In this document: piece after piece, positions 34,106-45,815 of the stretch
How positions within the stretch are numbered: the stretch's first letter is position 1
Layout of the letters: the number at the start of each line of letters is the position of its first letter
Source: the human T2T-CHM13v2.0 reference genome, Homo sapiens
Reading direction: 5' to 3' (one strand)
NCBI RefSeq assembly: GCF_009914755.1
Contig: NC_060947.1
DNA length: 64,000 nt
Made by a program: the position numbers and the translations under genes
The notes under the pieces: generated by a model
The model's database searches: none
The model's input: only the letters and a program-made list of their open reading frames with translations
What the model was told of the DNA's origin: nothing

Positions 34106-34647
34106 AGAATGTGTGTTAAATTGAGAATTTACAAGAAGTAAATTTACAGTAAGTAGATTTTAAACGGTTTAAAACTAATTCATACTTGATAGATTTGGGT
34201 ATTCATATTAGTGTGAGGACTTCCCCCCTGTTTGCATTAGGAGAAAATTTTAATCTGCTCATCAGTAAAATTCTTTTATCCCACAACAAGAAGGCTGGTT
34301 TAATCAGGTTTAGACACCATCTGCATGACAGATCTTGGCAAACACCCACATTGTGGGGCCACTTGTCAGAACTTCTTTGTGTTTGTGAAAAAATACATAA
34401 AGAACAGGTTTGTTCTTGGCCAAATGGACCAGAGTTGCTATGCAATTCTGTGGCTGAATCCCAGTCTGAATTCAGATTTAATACATGTGCCTTAATCTGA
34501 ATCATTTTTTTCCTCTGTGTATGTAAAATTTCAATACAAATTAACATATACCTCACTAGGAACCTAAAAAAAATAAGGTAGTATTAAATGCAGGGTTTAC
34601 TGCAGATGGAAATGGTGGCAAGAAATAATAGCTTTTAAGACATTTTC

Positions 34648-34968
<321 letters not shown>

Positions 34969-35017
34969 TTAATTTCTGTTCCAACCAGTTTAATTCATTT
35001 ACTTTTCTTTTTCAAAG

Positions 35018-35087
35018 AAGACATCTGTTAAAGACATGGCTGACCTTCCTGTCCCTAACCAGGATGTAACTAGTGATGACAAACAAG
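35018..35087 (+). CDS. REPS2: REPS2 exon E (70 nt, phase 0/1): KTSVKDMADLPVPNQDVTSDDKQ(A)
   Basis: Acceptor ttttctttttcaaag| (tandem AAGAAG), donor caag|gtagga. Confidence 0.93.
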
Positions 35088-36555
35088 GTAGGAGAAGAAT
35101 GAGTTTTCTTCTTTAACCAGCGTTCTACCTGTTACCTTATCTACTCCTCTTGGAATGGTGGCTTCTAGAGCATATGAGGGTGGTTCTCAGCATGTAAACA
35201 CATTTGGATAGACTAAGTAGTTCAAATCATTGTCATAAAACAATAGTTCACAAAGTGGTAGCAAGAGCTTGAGTGTCCAGAGTCTTCCAACTCATTGGCC
35301 CCTTAGTCATTGCTGACCCTCAGCCTACTCTTAACACCTTACACTGGAATCTGATCGTAGCAATTAGGAAATGACAGGAAGCTGAACAAATTGAGAACAT
35401 GTTGTGTTTGCGGATGTGATCCCAGACATCAGTGTAAATGCACATTTGCATACAGCTCTAATCCATGAGGAAGTTCTCTTCTGGACACAGCTTCTGTCCT
35501 TAGTGTTTATCTGTTTCTTGGCTTTGTGAGTGTGGGAGTGTGACATGGAGCCCAGCTACAATTTTCCTATCTTACTGGGCAGCTGAGAAGCAGTGCAGCA
35601 CAGCATTCCGTGTTAGAGCTACTCCCAGGGAAGAGTTGGCTTGGGAATATCTAGAAGTGTGGGAGGGACCCTCTCCCCCACCTCCTATACTTTGTATAGT
35701 GCTTTATAATCTACCAGGTCCTTGCTCATATACTGTCTTATTCAGTCCTCACAAAACTGAATGGAGGCTGGTAAGTTTTATCACCTGAAATTTAGAGATG
35801 AGTAAACTGAAATTCAGACACTATGAATCATTTGCCTAGTTATTAAGAAAAAGATTTGGGACAAGAACCAAGATTTTTTCTAAGCCTCAAGCCAGTATTC
35901 TGCCTGTTATTTGATATTGATTTACTACCCATGAATGAGAGGCTTATTTGAAGGGACTAAAAATCAGTGAAGCTATTTCAGGTTTTATTGTTAAGGCCTG
36001 CCATTGATTAGGCATTGTATGGGGGCTTAACATGAAAAATAAGTTTTCCATTAAGTGACAGTAATTGCATGTTCTCTATTTAAATACTTGCTTGGGAGAG
36101 ACAGGTAGAACTGGACATTGTCTGCAGTAGCGTGTACTCTGACCATTCTCCTAACTGCACAGTGGAATAACTGGGCAAACTGTAAAAATATTGAAGCCTG
36201 GATTTCACTCCCAGGGATTCTCATGTCATCAGTCTGGGTGTCAGGAATGAAAGAGGGAGAAACTCCCAATACTTCCTGGTAATACTTCTCCTATCTGCTT
36301 GAGGTGCTGTCTCTGGAAAGTTGAAAATACATCTTTGCTCTTTGTAGAAGGAGAACCTATTTCCATACTCCAGGAGGTCTTTATTGTTTTAGTAAATGCT
36401 ATAGCAACTTTTAGAGGTTTGTGAGACCTGTTTTTGTAAGTGATGACTAGCGATTCTTTGTTTGAATCCAATTTGCCTCAGAAATAACATTTTATAGTTT
36501 TAATTTTTTTTCCTCTTTTCTCTTTCTTTTTGCTTAAAAAACAAAACACAACTAG

Positions 36556-36609
36556 CTTTGAAAAGTACTATCAATGAAGCCTTACCAAAGGACGTGTCTG
36601 AGGATCCAG
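36556..36609 (+). CDS. REPS2: REPS2 exon F (54 nt, phase 1/1): (A)LKSTINEALPKDVSEDP(A)
   Basis: Acceptor cacaactag|, donor ccag|gtagga; frame continuous with exons E and G. Confidence 0.92.
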
Positions 36610-39600
36610 GTAGGAGAAAACCATTTTTGTATACTTTATATATAATTATTTTAAAATAAAAAAACAGCAAGTCAGTGAGTAGAAGATTGATACCTCTGTG
36701 ATAGTGTGTCTGTTTCTCTCTATTTATTTGTCTTGTATTTTATTACAAGGAAACCTTTTGGCTTTTTACCCTTTCTCTCTTTTCAGGTATGAGAACGGGG
36801 TGATATCTTTTCAAGTTTTTAAGTTTCACTGAAAGGATCACGAAGGATCACTCCGTGTGAATATAGGGTCTTGTTACTAAGTGCAAAATTGAGAAGGCTT
36901 GAGGTTGAGATGATTTCAACAAGCCATTTTGGGTTTTGTGTAGAGTAAGGAACTTATAGGGTAGATCAATTGGAGGCCCAGAGTTGGTATTTTCCATTTC
37001 CAAAGCAGAAATCTCAAATATTTTTATTATGCTTCACCACCAGGAAGGCAACTATATGTGCTTATATATGGAGTGGATTCCAAGGAGAAAAATAAAAGTT
37101 GTCCAGTTTTTTGGAGAGTCAGACCTGTGTCTGTGGAGTCATGGAGAATGGCTGCCCCTGTGTCCGCAGCTCTCTGTTGATGGAGCCATCATTGAACCAA
37201 GTTGAATCTAGTTAAAAACAAAGTGGCTACAGAAGACATTACTATTTGGAGCTCTAGTTATAAGGACATGAAAAAAGTTGTTGCTTTCTCTTTTGCTGTT
37301 TTATTTCTTGTATATTTTTAATAAGTCAATCATGTTTGTTGTGATAAGCTAGCTATCATCCTAGGCTTATTTGTTGAACATTGGAACAGAGGAATCAATA
37401 TAATGTTGAGGCTTATGCTGTGGTACAATATTTTCCAAATGTCAAGTTCATTCAGAGTTTCAAAGAGAGATGGGTGGAGGGAGAGGAAGGAGTTGGGGGA
37501 GTGGGAGAAAAATATGGTAGGGGGAAGGAGAGAGAGAGAGAACATGAGAATGAGAATAAATATGAATGAATGTGGATGATGAATTTCAATTATGGAAGCC
37601 TGAGAAGGTGTATTTTTAGGCAGCTCCCCAGTTGGTTCTGGTACATAGCCTATTTTGGGAACCACCAGCTCTGGAAGGTGATGCTACAAAATAGAAAATT
37701 AAGGTTATAGATCAACCATGACTCCAAAAGTGATGGGAATTCCCAAGCTTAATTTTGACTCTTGAAACAGATTTGAATTCATTCCTTATTGGGTGAAATG
37801 CTCTGTTAATGTAGGCCAACGCCTGGGGTCAGTTCTTTCTAGCTCTTATTTCTGGAGCTAAAGTGGATGCATTCCAGTTTTTGTAAACTTCATGTTGTAG
37901 TATTAGTAAAAGCTGTTTAAATTTGGAGTGTTAAATTGGTGCTTCTCCAACAGCCTTTGAGGATCATAACTTTTCCTACTTTTTTTTTTTTTTTAAGGGA
38001 TTTTAGCACAAGATCAAGTGTCCTCTGGGGCATGAGCTTTAGATCTCATTTTTAACATTCCTTCATTGACTAGGACATGGCATCACCAAATAAAACTTGT
38101 CAGGTGTGCCACAGCATGAGAAGTATGTCGGAATTGATTTCTCGTTGTGCCTGGCAGCATGCTATGTGTTTTCTGATTTGTTCTTCCCACTACTGCCCCT
38201 CTCTGGGTATGAGGGAGTTCCTCATCTTAAACATAGTTAATCCCTCCTTTTCTGGGAAATGTTTGGATTCCCAGTGGGAGACACAAGCGTTTCAAGGTGG
38301 TGATTTAGAATTCTGGATGGCTGTCCTTGCCATGTGGACCTCAGTTCAGTTGCTGCTTTTTGGAGGGTTAATCTCTAGGCCTGCTCCTCTTTCCATTCCC
38401 ATTTCCTGGAAAGATGACATGCCTTGAGTGTTCTAGGAAGGTGGCAGTCCTTTTCCCTCTTTCCAGCTACACGAGAAGCTATGATCCACTTGTTGTAATT
38501 GCTGAGAGTGTCTATGTTAGTGGAGCCTTAAGAGATTTTTTAAACCAATATCCCATTCCAACCTAATTCAGCAGAGCACCATGCACAATGATGGTCTTTT
38601 TCTTGATGTTTCTGGCCCATGTTGAGGTGTTTTCAGCTGGTTCACCCTCACAGTGCTGTCTTTAGACTGTTGTTGGTGATTCTAGCAGCTGCTCCATTGC
38701 CAACTATCACCCCATGTTTTTATTGGAGTAGAGCAGTTCTGTCCTTGCATTACCTGCTCCTACCTGCACCTCCTTTGCTGTCCTAGAAGAAACTAAATTT
38801 AGAAACCAGATTTCCAGGCTTAAAAAATTAGGAGCCTTTATTTATGCACTCTACAATAGTAATATTTTGCAATTCTAAAGTACGTTCAGTTTTTAAATTA
38901 CTTTCACCTTATCTGTCCCTGTGAGAAAGAAACTGCATTTTTATTGCCTTTGTTTTCTAGGTGAGGAGACTGAGGTTCAGGGAAGTAACAGCTAGTTAGT
39001 GTCATGGCCAGGAGGAGGGCCTTAGTCTCAGGACTCCTGGCCTGGTCTCTAGTCCTGTCTCTCCACTACTCATCCACACCCTCACCCCATCTGTCTGTCT
39101 GTCTATCTCTCACCAGCAGGGCTCACCCCTCCTTCCACACCCATCCCTACCAGCAAAAAGACAAAGATAATGGCACTTGACAAAGGAATTAACAGTCACC
39201 ATGGTCTGATTTGGGGAACAGTATTTTATCATGGCGGGGACCTCTCCTACCCATGTATTTCTTGAAAGCAGTGGGGCCTGAGGGAGAAGAGGGCCACGGA
39301 GCCAGCTGCAGGCAGCCTGCGTAGAGGGCTTCCCCAGCTCTGTGGTGAGTCTGGTCCACTCTGTCCACCCAGCCCCAAGGCAGCCTCCTGAGCTGGGAGA
39401 GAGGCTTCCTGAGGTCGCTTTCTTTGCTGCCTGGGGTTTGTAGGAGGGAGGGAGGTCTTTTTCTGTCTATATCCAGGTGTGGGTGCACGATAATGGGCAA
39501 AAGGGGACTCAAACTCCTTGGGCTTTCCAGGCTTTCCTGCACTCTGGCAGCGTTTCAGCTGTTTGAAGTTGGAAGATCTCTGTGTTCTCACTACAACAAG

Positions 39601-40723
39601 CCAAAATGCTTGGGTTGGGAGAAGTGTATCTCTTGTGCAGCTGACCAGTAGTTTGTGCCTTGTTAGCATTTATGAGGATTTTCACCTCCCCTCTCTGTCC
39701 TGTTATCTAACCCAAGGATTTTAATGATCATCATAAATTCAGGCTGCTTCATACCAAGGAGGGTTTTTATCTTTGGAGCAATGTAAAAGAGGATGAGATA
39801 ATGCAGTGAGACATTTTCTTTTTGGAAGAATTCATGCAGACAAAGAAATTACATTCTTCTTGTTCTGTGTTACTAGCACCTTTTCTATGATTTTTTATGA
39901 CATTTTATGATGAAAAATTTGCAATGTTTGTAACACCTGAGCATAGCTACTGGTTCCTAAAGTTGTCTTCCATAGAGGATTGAAAGCATAAAAAGAGGAT
40001 CAGTGTTTTTGTAAATGTTTCTAATTACTCCTCACAACTTGTGATGGGGAAGAAGGCTGTATGGGCGTTGGTAGTGAGCAAGTTAGTTTATGATTTAAAT
40101 TTGATGAGGAAAAGTCATATGGCTGGGAAAAGATTCAGCGATATTGTTCATAATTCTCTGTATGATTTGGTCACAGACATGTGGGACACAAGGATATTTT
40201 CTTACAGGAGAAGCTGTATAGCTCATTTCCACTTACTTGTGAGAGCTTTGTTTTTTTGTGGCCATGCTGCTCTGGTAGTGTATTTTTTTTTTTTTAAAAC
40301 GTGTAGTTAGATAGACTTCTTCCTATCCTTCAGGGTAGACTAGTTCAAAATCTATTACTAGACTATCATGATAGAACAAGAAACCCTGAAGTGTGAATCC
40401 ATCATTATATAAAAAGACAACCCCCTTTCAAGGGGGTTGTCTTTTTATACTGGAATGTCTTCATTAATTAACTTGGATTTGAGAATGGCCTCTCAAATAG
40501 TGCTTGACCAAAGGAAAAATATGCTGGTTTTTCTTTCCTTTTAATCGTTTCTTTAGATTTTGAAATAAAACAAGGAAATCATGAAAATGTGGGAGCCGTC
40601 CAGTTCTCCACATGGGCACTTTTACCTCACATTTACCTTTTGATGTGTTCTGTACTAGCCCAGGTGCTGCATATAAACTTGTTTAACTGCAGAAATGAAA
40701 CCCAAGCAATATCTTTGTTTCAG

Positions 40724-40769
40724 CAACTCCCAAGGATTCCAACAGTCTCAAAGCAAGACCAAGATCCAG
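40724..40769 (+). CDS. REPS2: REPS2 exon G (46 nt, phase 1/2): (A)TPKDSNSLKARPRS(R)
   Basis: Acceptor tctttgtttcag|, donor ccag|gtagtg. Confidence 0.92.
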
Positions 40770-43700
40770 GTAGTGTTCGTTTAATTTCTGCTTTAATGCC
40801 CTTTGTGCCGTGCCCCTGCCTAGAAATAAGAACCACAAACCAAAACCCAACCCATGATTTCCTCTTCCTTTAGATGTAAAGCTTAGGATATGAGCCATTT
40901 CGCTCGTGCATGGCCTGATGGGAACATGCAGTAATGCTGGGAGCCTTGGTTTCTGTGGTCATTAGTGCTAGAAGGTGACCATGAATGCCCTACGGCCCCT
41001 CAACGTGAAGTGGATTGTGTGAGACAACCCAGTTGTTGCAAGATGATAACTTATAGGGGGAAGTAGCTTTGGAAAGAGGAAAATATGGGTAAGGTAACAG
41101 ACACGAAAATTTGCTATCATGACAAGGTGAACACCAAAAAGTAAAAAGTCTGGGTAATAAAATCTACAGTAGGGAAAGAAAATGCTTCTGATAACTTCAG
41201 TGAAGCTTGCAGTTTCAGGTAAGCGATGTTTATGGTCTGTTTGAGCCTATCTTAGTGCCCCTCTAAGCTTCACATTTTTTAAGAGGCTAGTACAAGAGAG
41301 AAAGCCAGTAAGGCAGAGCTGTGGTTGATGTGAGACTCAGAAGAGAGGTGCAGAGGGGAAATACAGAGACACTAATAGAATTAATCCATTAAGGAAGGGA
41401 AATGGTATTGGTACTGTATTTCACTGGTAGAACTGCAGTGTAAGATAGGATAACGAGGATACCATGTGTGTGTTTTCTGTTTTGCTTTGGCTGTTAGTGA
41501 CATTTTTCCCTCCTTTGCCTACTAGACACAATCCTGAAAAAGTAAATTTAAGTCTGATCATATTTTATATGCTTGAAATACTGATATTTAAGGAACCTCA
41601 TCTCTTTGTAAGTCAAAGAGTTATCCTTTAGTTTATATGTGCATTTTCCAAATTGGGGTTTTGTTTCCTTGTTTATGTAAGATACAGATATCTATATTTT
41701 TATATTTATGTGTATTTAAAAACAATAGAGTAATTCATTTAGGTAGGAAGAAAAGGTGTAGGCATTCTTTCTGTGGTCAACACATTTACTCATCCTTTGT
41801 AAAAGGATGAATGGATCTTTTACAAACTAGTCTGTACTAGTTGTGGGATATGCTTTCATAGTAGGAATTGCCTTTGAATTGCAGAAATCTGTTATGTGTA
41901 CTATGTTAACCATAAATCGAACCTCAAAGTTTTAGCTTCTGCTGACTTCCTCTCTCCCTGAAAGCCAGTGAAATTATAAAATCTCATAGCCACACGTTCT
42001 GTTATTAATGTGTCTGGCTAAATTTTACATATTATCCTTTCAGAGATTGCGCTTTTGGTCTAATTTGGAGGATTTTATTTTCATTACTTCTCACTGGGAA
42101 GAAGAGAATTGAATTGTTTTTATCCTCCTTTTTGAAATAATAAAGTTTTGTAGAAATATAAGGGAAAGAGGGAAAATCACCATTTTAACACCACTGCATT
42201 CATCATTTTGTTAACTCCCTGCACATTTATGTTTTAATTGGTTGCAGCAGTCATGGTTATACAATCTCACTTATTTTATATTCAGTAACTTTCCATATGA
42301 AGATATAAACATACAGGTTATATATGAAAATAAAATGAAAATGAGGAATGTGCGCTGTGGGATTGTGTGCTTAACAGTGTGCACGCATACACATTATTTA
42401 CACACACATTATTTCTTTTTTGAGTGAAAGATGTCACTAAAGCTATATGTGGCATAGAAAGCTCTTTTCATTTCTAGCTAGGGTCTCTAATTGTCTTTTT
42501 TAAGTGAAGTGTTCCCATTTAAGAACCTTGTCCTTCCGTATCAGTTCCCTTTGATTCTTGTTGAAAGAGCCAGAGCATTCTTCCCTGCTAGTTTCTGCCT
42601 GTTGCTGCCTTGCCTGTCTTGCCAGTTATGTTACAGGGACCACCCCAGAACACGTCACATGCCATTATGGTGGCTTTATTAAAGTTACAACCTTGTAAGA
42701 CAGACAGAACCCTCAACTACCACAAAGAATCCTTGAGAAATTTATTCAGGAAAATAAAAACTCACAATGTCAAAAACAGCTCTGTCAAGAACTGAAGGGG
42801 TTTAATAGTAACTGATATATTCTAACTTCATAAATGCCACTCTAATAGCTAAGTACGAAGAAGGTTTTCAGAGGTTAATTTGTCTCTCTAGGATGTACCT
42901 CTGACTCAGAGGTCGTTTTCTGCTTTGACATGAAGCTAGTTGAGAAGCTAAATAAAACAGATGTATACATCTACATCTTAGGGCCTTTTCGTGATCATCG
43001 TATTGGGAACCCGTCCTTAAACCTATTCCTAAGCAGTGTATGGAGTTGAATTTTATTTGGAAAGTAAGTAGGTCTCCAATAAATATTCTAGTTGCTATCA
43101 CCAAAGTATTCCCCCGCCAACTCATAGGCAGTATGAGAACATTTTAAAAATGGGATATAGAAACAGAGATTGGAGTTTGAATCGAACTGTGTAACTTTCT
43201 ATCTGACCTTTTGCAAGTTATTTAGTTCCTTTTTAAAAAGATGATATTACCAGAGTTACAATCTCAGAAGTTGCCTAGTTAATTATGCCTTGCTATAGAT
43301 TGAGGAAGAAGGTTGAAAATGAGACTTTTGCTTTCTCAGGGAAAGACAAGCTAGACCCCTCAATCTGATTGATGTGTGTTTTCCTTTCCCAGCTTCGTTT
43401 GTGGCATATTCCCCTGAACATTGAATTCTTACCCTCAGCTTATCTGTCCCAATTCCACATGAGCCTGTCATCACATTTGCAAGTGAACAGGAGAAAAGTT
43501 CTCTGATCAGTTTATACCATGAAATACCATGAAGCCCTTCTGTTAGAACATGGAAATGCCTAAGCTGAGGGGCTCCATATTATTCTTATTAACAATTCCA
43601 ATAGAAATGGATTTGAATTTACACAAAGTTTTTTTTGGGGGGTTGATTCAGATCTAAGGTATAATAAGAACAAAGAGGTTGAAAAGATCCCAATTCATAG

Positions 43701-43880
43701 TTGGATTTGGACAATTATTGTACATAGTGGCATTCAATGGGTAATAGAATTTATGGCTGCTTTGGTAGCTCATCGGTTCTTTGTAGTCACTTTGACTTCG
43801 TGGGTATTTTCCATTTCACCCCAACTTCAGAGAGTAAAGCTTTGCTATTTCGCTTCTGACCTTCCCTTATTTTGCTACAG

Positions 43881-44017
43881 ATCTTACTCTAGCACCTCCA
43901 TAGAAGAGGCCATGAAAAGGGGCGAGGACCCTCCCACCCCGCCACCTCGGCCACAGAAAACCCATTCCAGAGCCTCCTCCTTGGATCTGAATAAAGTCTT
44001 CCAGCCCAGTGTGCCAG
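43881..44017 (+). CDS. REPS2: REPS2 exon H (137 nt, phase 2/1): (R)SYSSTSIEEAMKRGEDPPTPPPRPQKTHSRASSLDLNKVFQPSVP(A); proline-rich SH3-ligand region
   Basis: Acceptor ttttgctacag|, donor ccag|gtgaag; PxxPxR motif; contained in ORF 43753..44040. Confidence 0.96.
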
Positions 44018-45586
44018 GTGAAGTGCCCCTTGCCCCCTGAGCCCTTCCATTTCCTGTTGGAGCCAGCGGATGTGTGTCTGCCACAGTGGCCTCTGTGAGT
44101 CCGGAGAAAGAGCAGACCTGGCAGTTTCGCATTCCGTGAAGGTCTTCACGTGGCTATGGTATTCTTGGGAGAGAAAGCAATTCTAGACACATATGTAGCA
44201 CATGTGTCTGGAGCCTTGCCCACACTTGTTATGGATCAAGAATTAGGAAATTCTCTACCAAGAGGATAAAAATGCTTCACTCCCATGCAGCCTGCTGAGT
44301 GTGTGGCTGGGGTCTTACTCTCTGCATCATTGGTAATTTGTGAACAAGATAGATGGCTGTCTGTCATTTCCTCAGATGCCTGTGTGGTCTTCTATGAAAG
44401 ATCTTGGAGATTAAGGCCTAGCCAGAACCTTCTCCTGCATTTTACACTTATGGAGAAGATCCTGTGTCCTGTAGGATTTAATGCTGAGGGGACTCTGAAT
44501 CTGACTGATGGTTGGGTGGTTGGTGGAGGGTCCTAGGGCAAGGGCTCCTTCAGGTGGGCTGCTCTGGGCTTCTGGGGATGGGATGTTCTTGAGCCCGCAG
44601 TTGTGTAGTGGGGCTGGAGGTGGGGGAGGCCCAGAGGGGCCCTGTCTGCTCCCTTGGCTTCCTGTGAAGTAGAAGATACCCTCCTAAGGAACCTAAGGAA
44701 TAGAAGATGGGAGGCATGCCTTTGCTTTAGTGAAGGTGATAGGATACGGTGCTGTCCCAAGTGTTATTTTGGGAGCAGCAAGGGCCTTTCCACTGACTCA
44801 TGCAGGCAAGCTATAAATACAATGATTTCCTGGAACTTTTTCTCCATCTATGTGCATTTTAAATCAGGCCAGCCTCAGATGCTAGTGATTTGCAGATTAT
44901 TATCTTTTCTGCTAAAGCAAGAAAAGACTTTCCTTGGCTCACACATTAGCATGACCTCTGTGTCTGGGCAGAGCTCAGCATGTTTTATTTGTTCTAATAA
45001 AGTATTCTCCTCACAGTAAAGTTATAGATTGTTTTTTAATATACTAAAATCTGGAACTCTCTATCAAATTTAATTCTGTGCCATGAGTTCATCAGACAAA
45101 AATTTGCCTTGAATTTCCTCTCATACTTTGATCTGAATTCTGGCATAAATTTCATAGTGACTGGTATGTAGGGTGGGAGTAACCACAGGTGATGATGCTA
45201 TAAAAATTTCACATGGCTGGCGGATTATGACCTGGAAGATTTTCCTATGGATGCGAGAAAATTAAAACAATCTGGGAAGCTATCTCAGTACCTTTACCTT
45301 GCAAGAAGGGAGGCTGGAAATGCTCACAGGTCTCTCTCAGGTTGTGTGACCCAGTAAGGAGATGCCAGCTGTACTGGAGAATTCACATGCTGTGGTTTTT
45401 ACGACACTGCATCACATAGTGGAAGAGACAAAACTGGGTTTGGAGCTCAGCTCAGCTGCTTATTCACTGTTTGATTTTCAGCAAGTAGCTTAATGTTTAT
45501 GCATCTCAGATTCCTAATCTGTACAGTAGAGCCAATACTCCATGGAGTTGTAAGGTTTTGGTGAGATAATAAACATAATCCAAATA

Positions 45587-45815
45587 TGGGTTGAATATTC
45601 CTTATCCAAAATACTTGGGGTCACAAGTGTTTCAGGCTTTGGATATTTTTGGATTTTGGAATATTTGCATTATATGCTTACCAATTGAGCATATAATAAA
45701 AAAATCTGAAATGCTTCAATGACCATTTCCTTTGAGTGTCATGTTGGCACTAAAAAGTTTAGGGTTTTATAGCATTTTGGATTTTGGATTTTTGGGATTA
45801 GGGATACTCAACCTG
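45587..45815 (+). mobile_element. Tigger4a/MER46A-like MITE inserted in a MIR
   Basis: Terminal inverted repeats tgggttgaatattcc...gggatactcaacctg, TA on both sides, internal ggatttt repeats. Confidence 0.8.

Noticed and set aside
39189-39724. Cluster of overlapping ORFs up to 140 aa in a GC-richer patch
   Set aside because: No recognisable domain or convincing splice boundaries, and the REPS2 frame is complete without it.
43990-43995. AATAAA inside exon H
   Set aside because: Explained by the Asn-Lys codons; nothing else suggests cleavage here.
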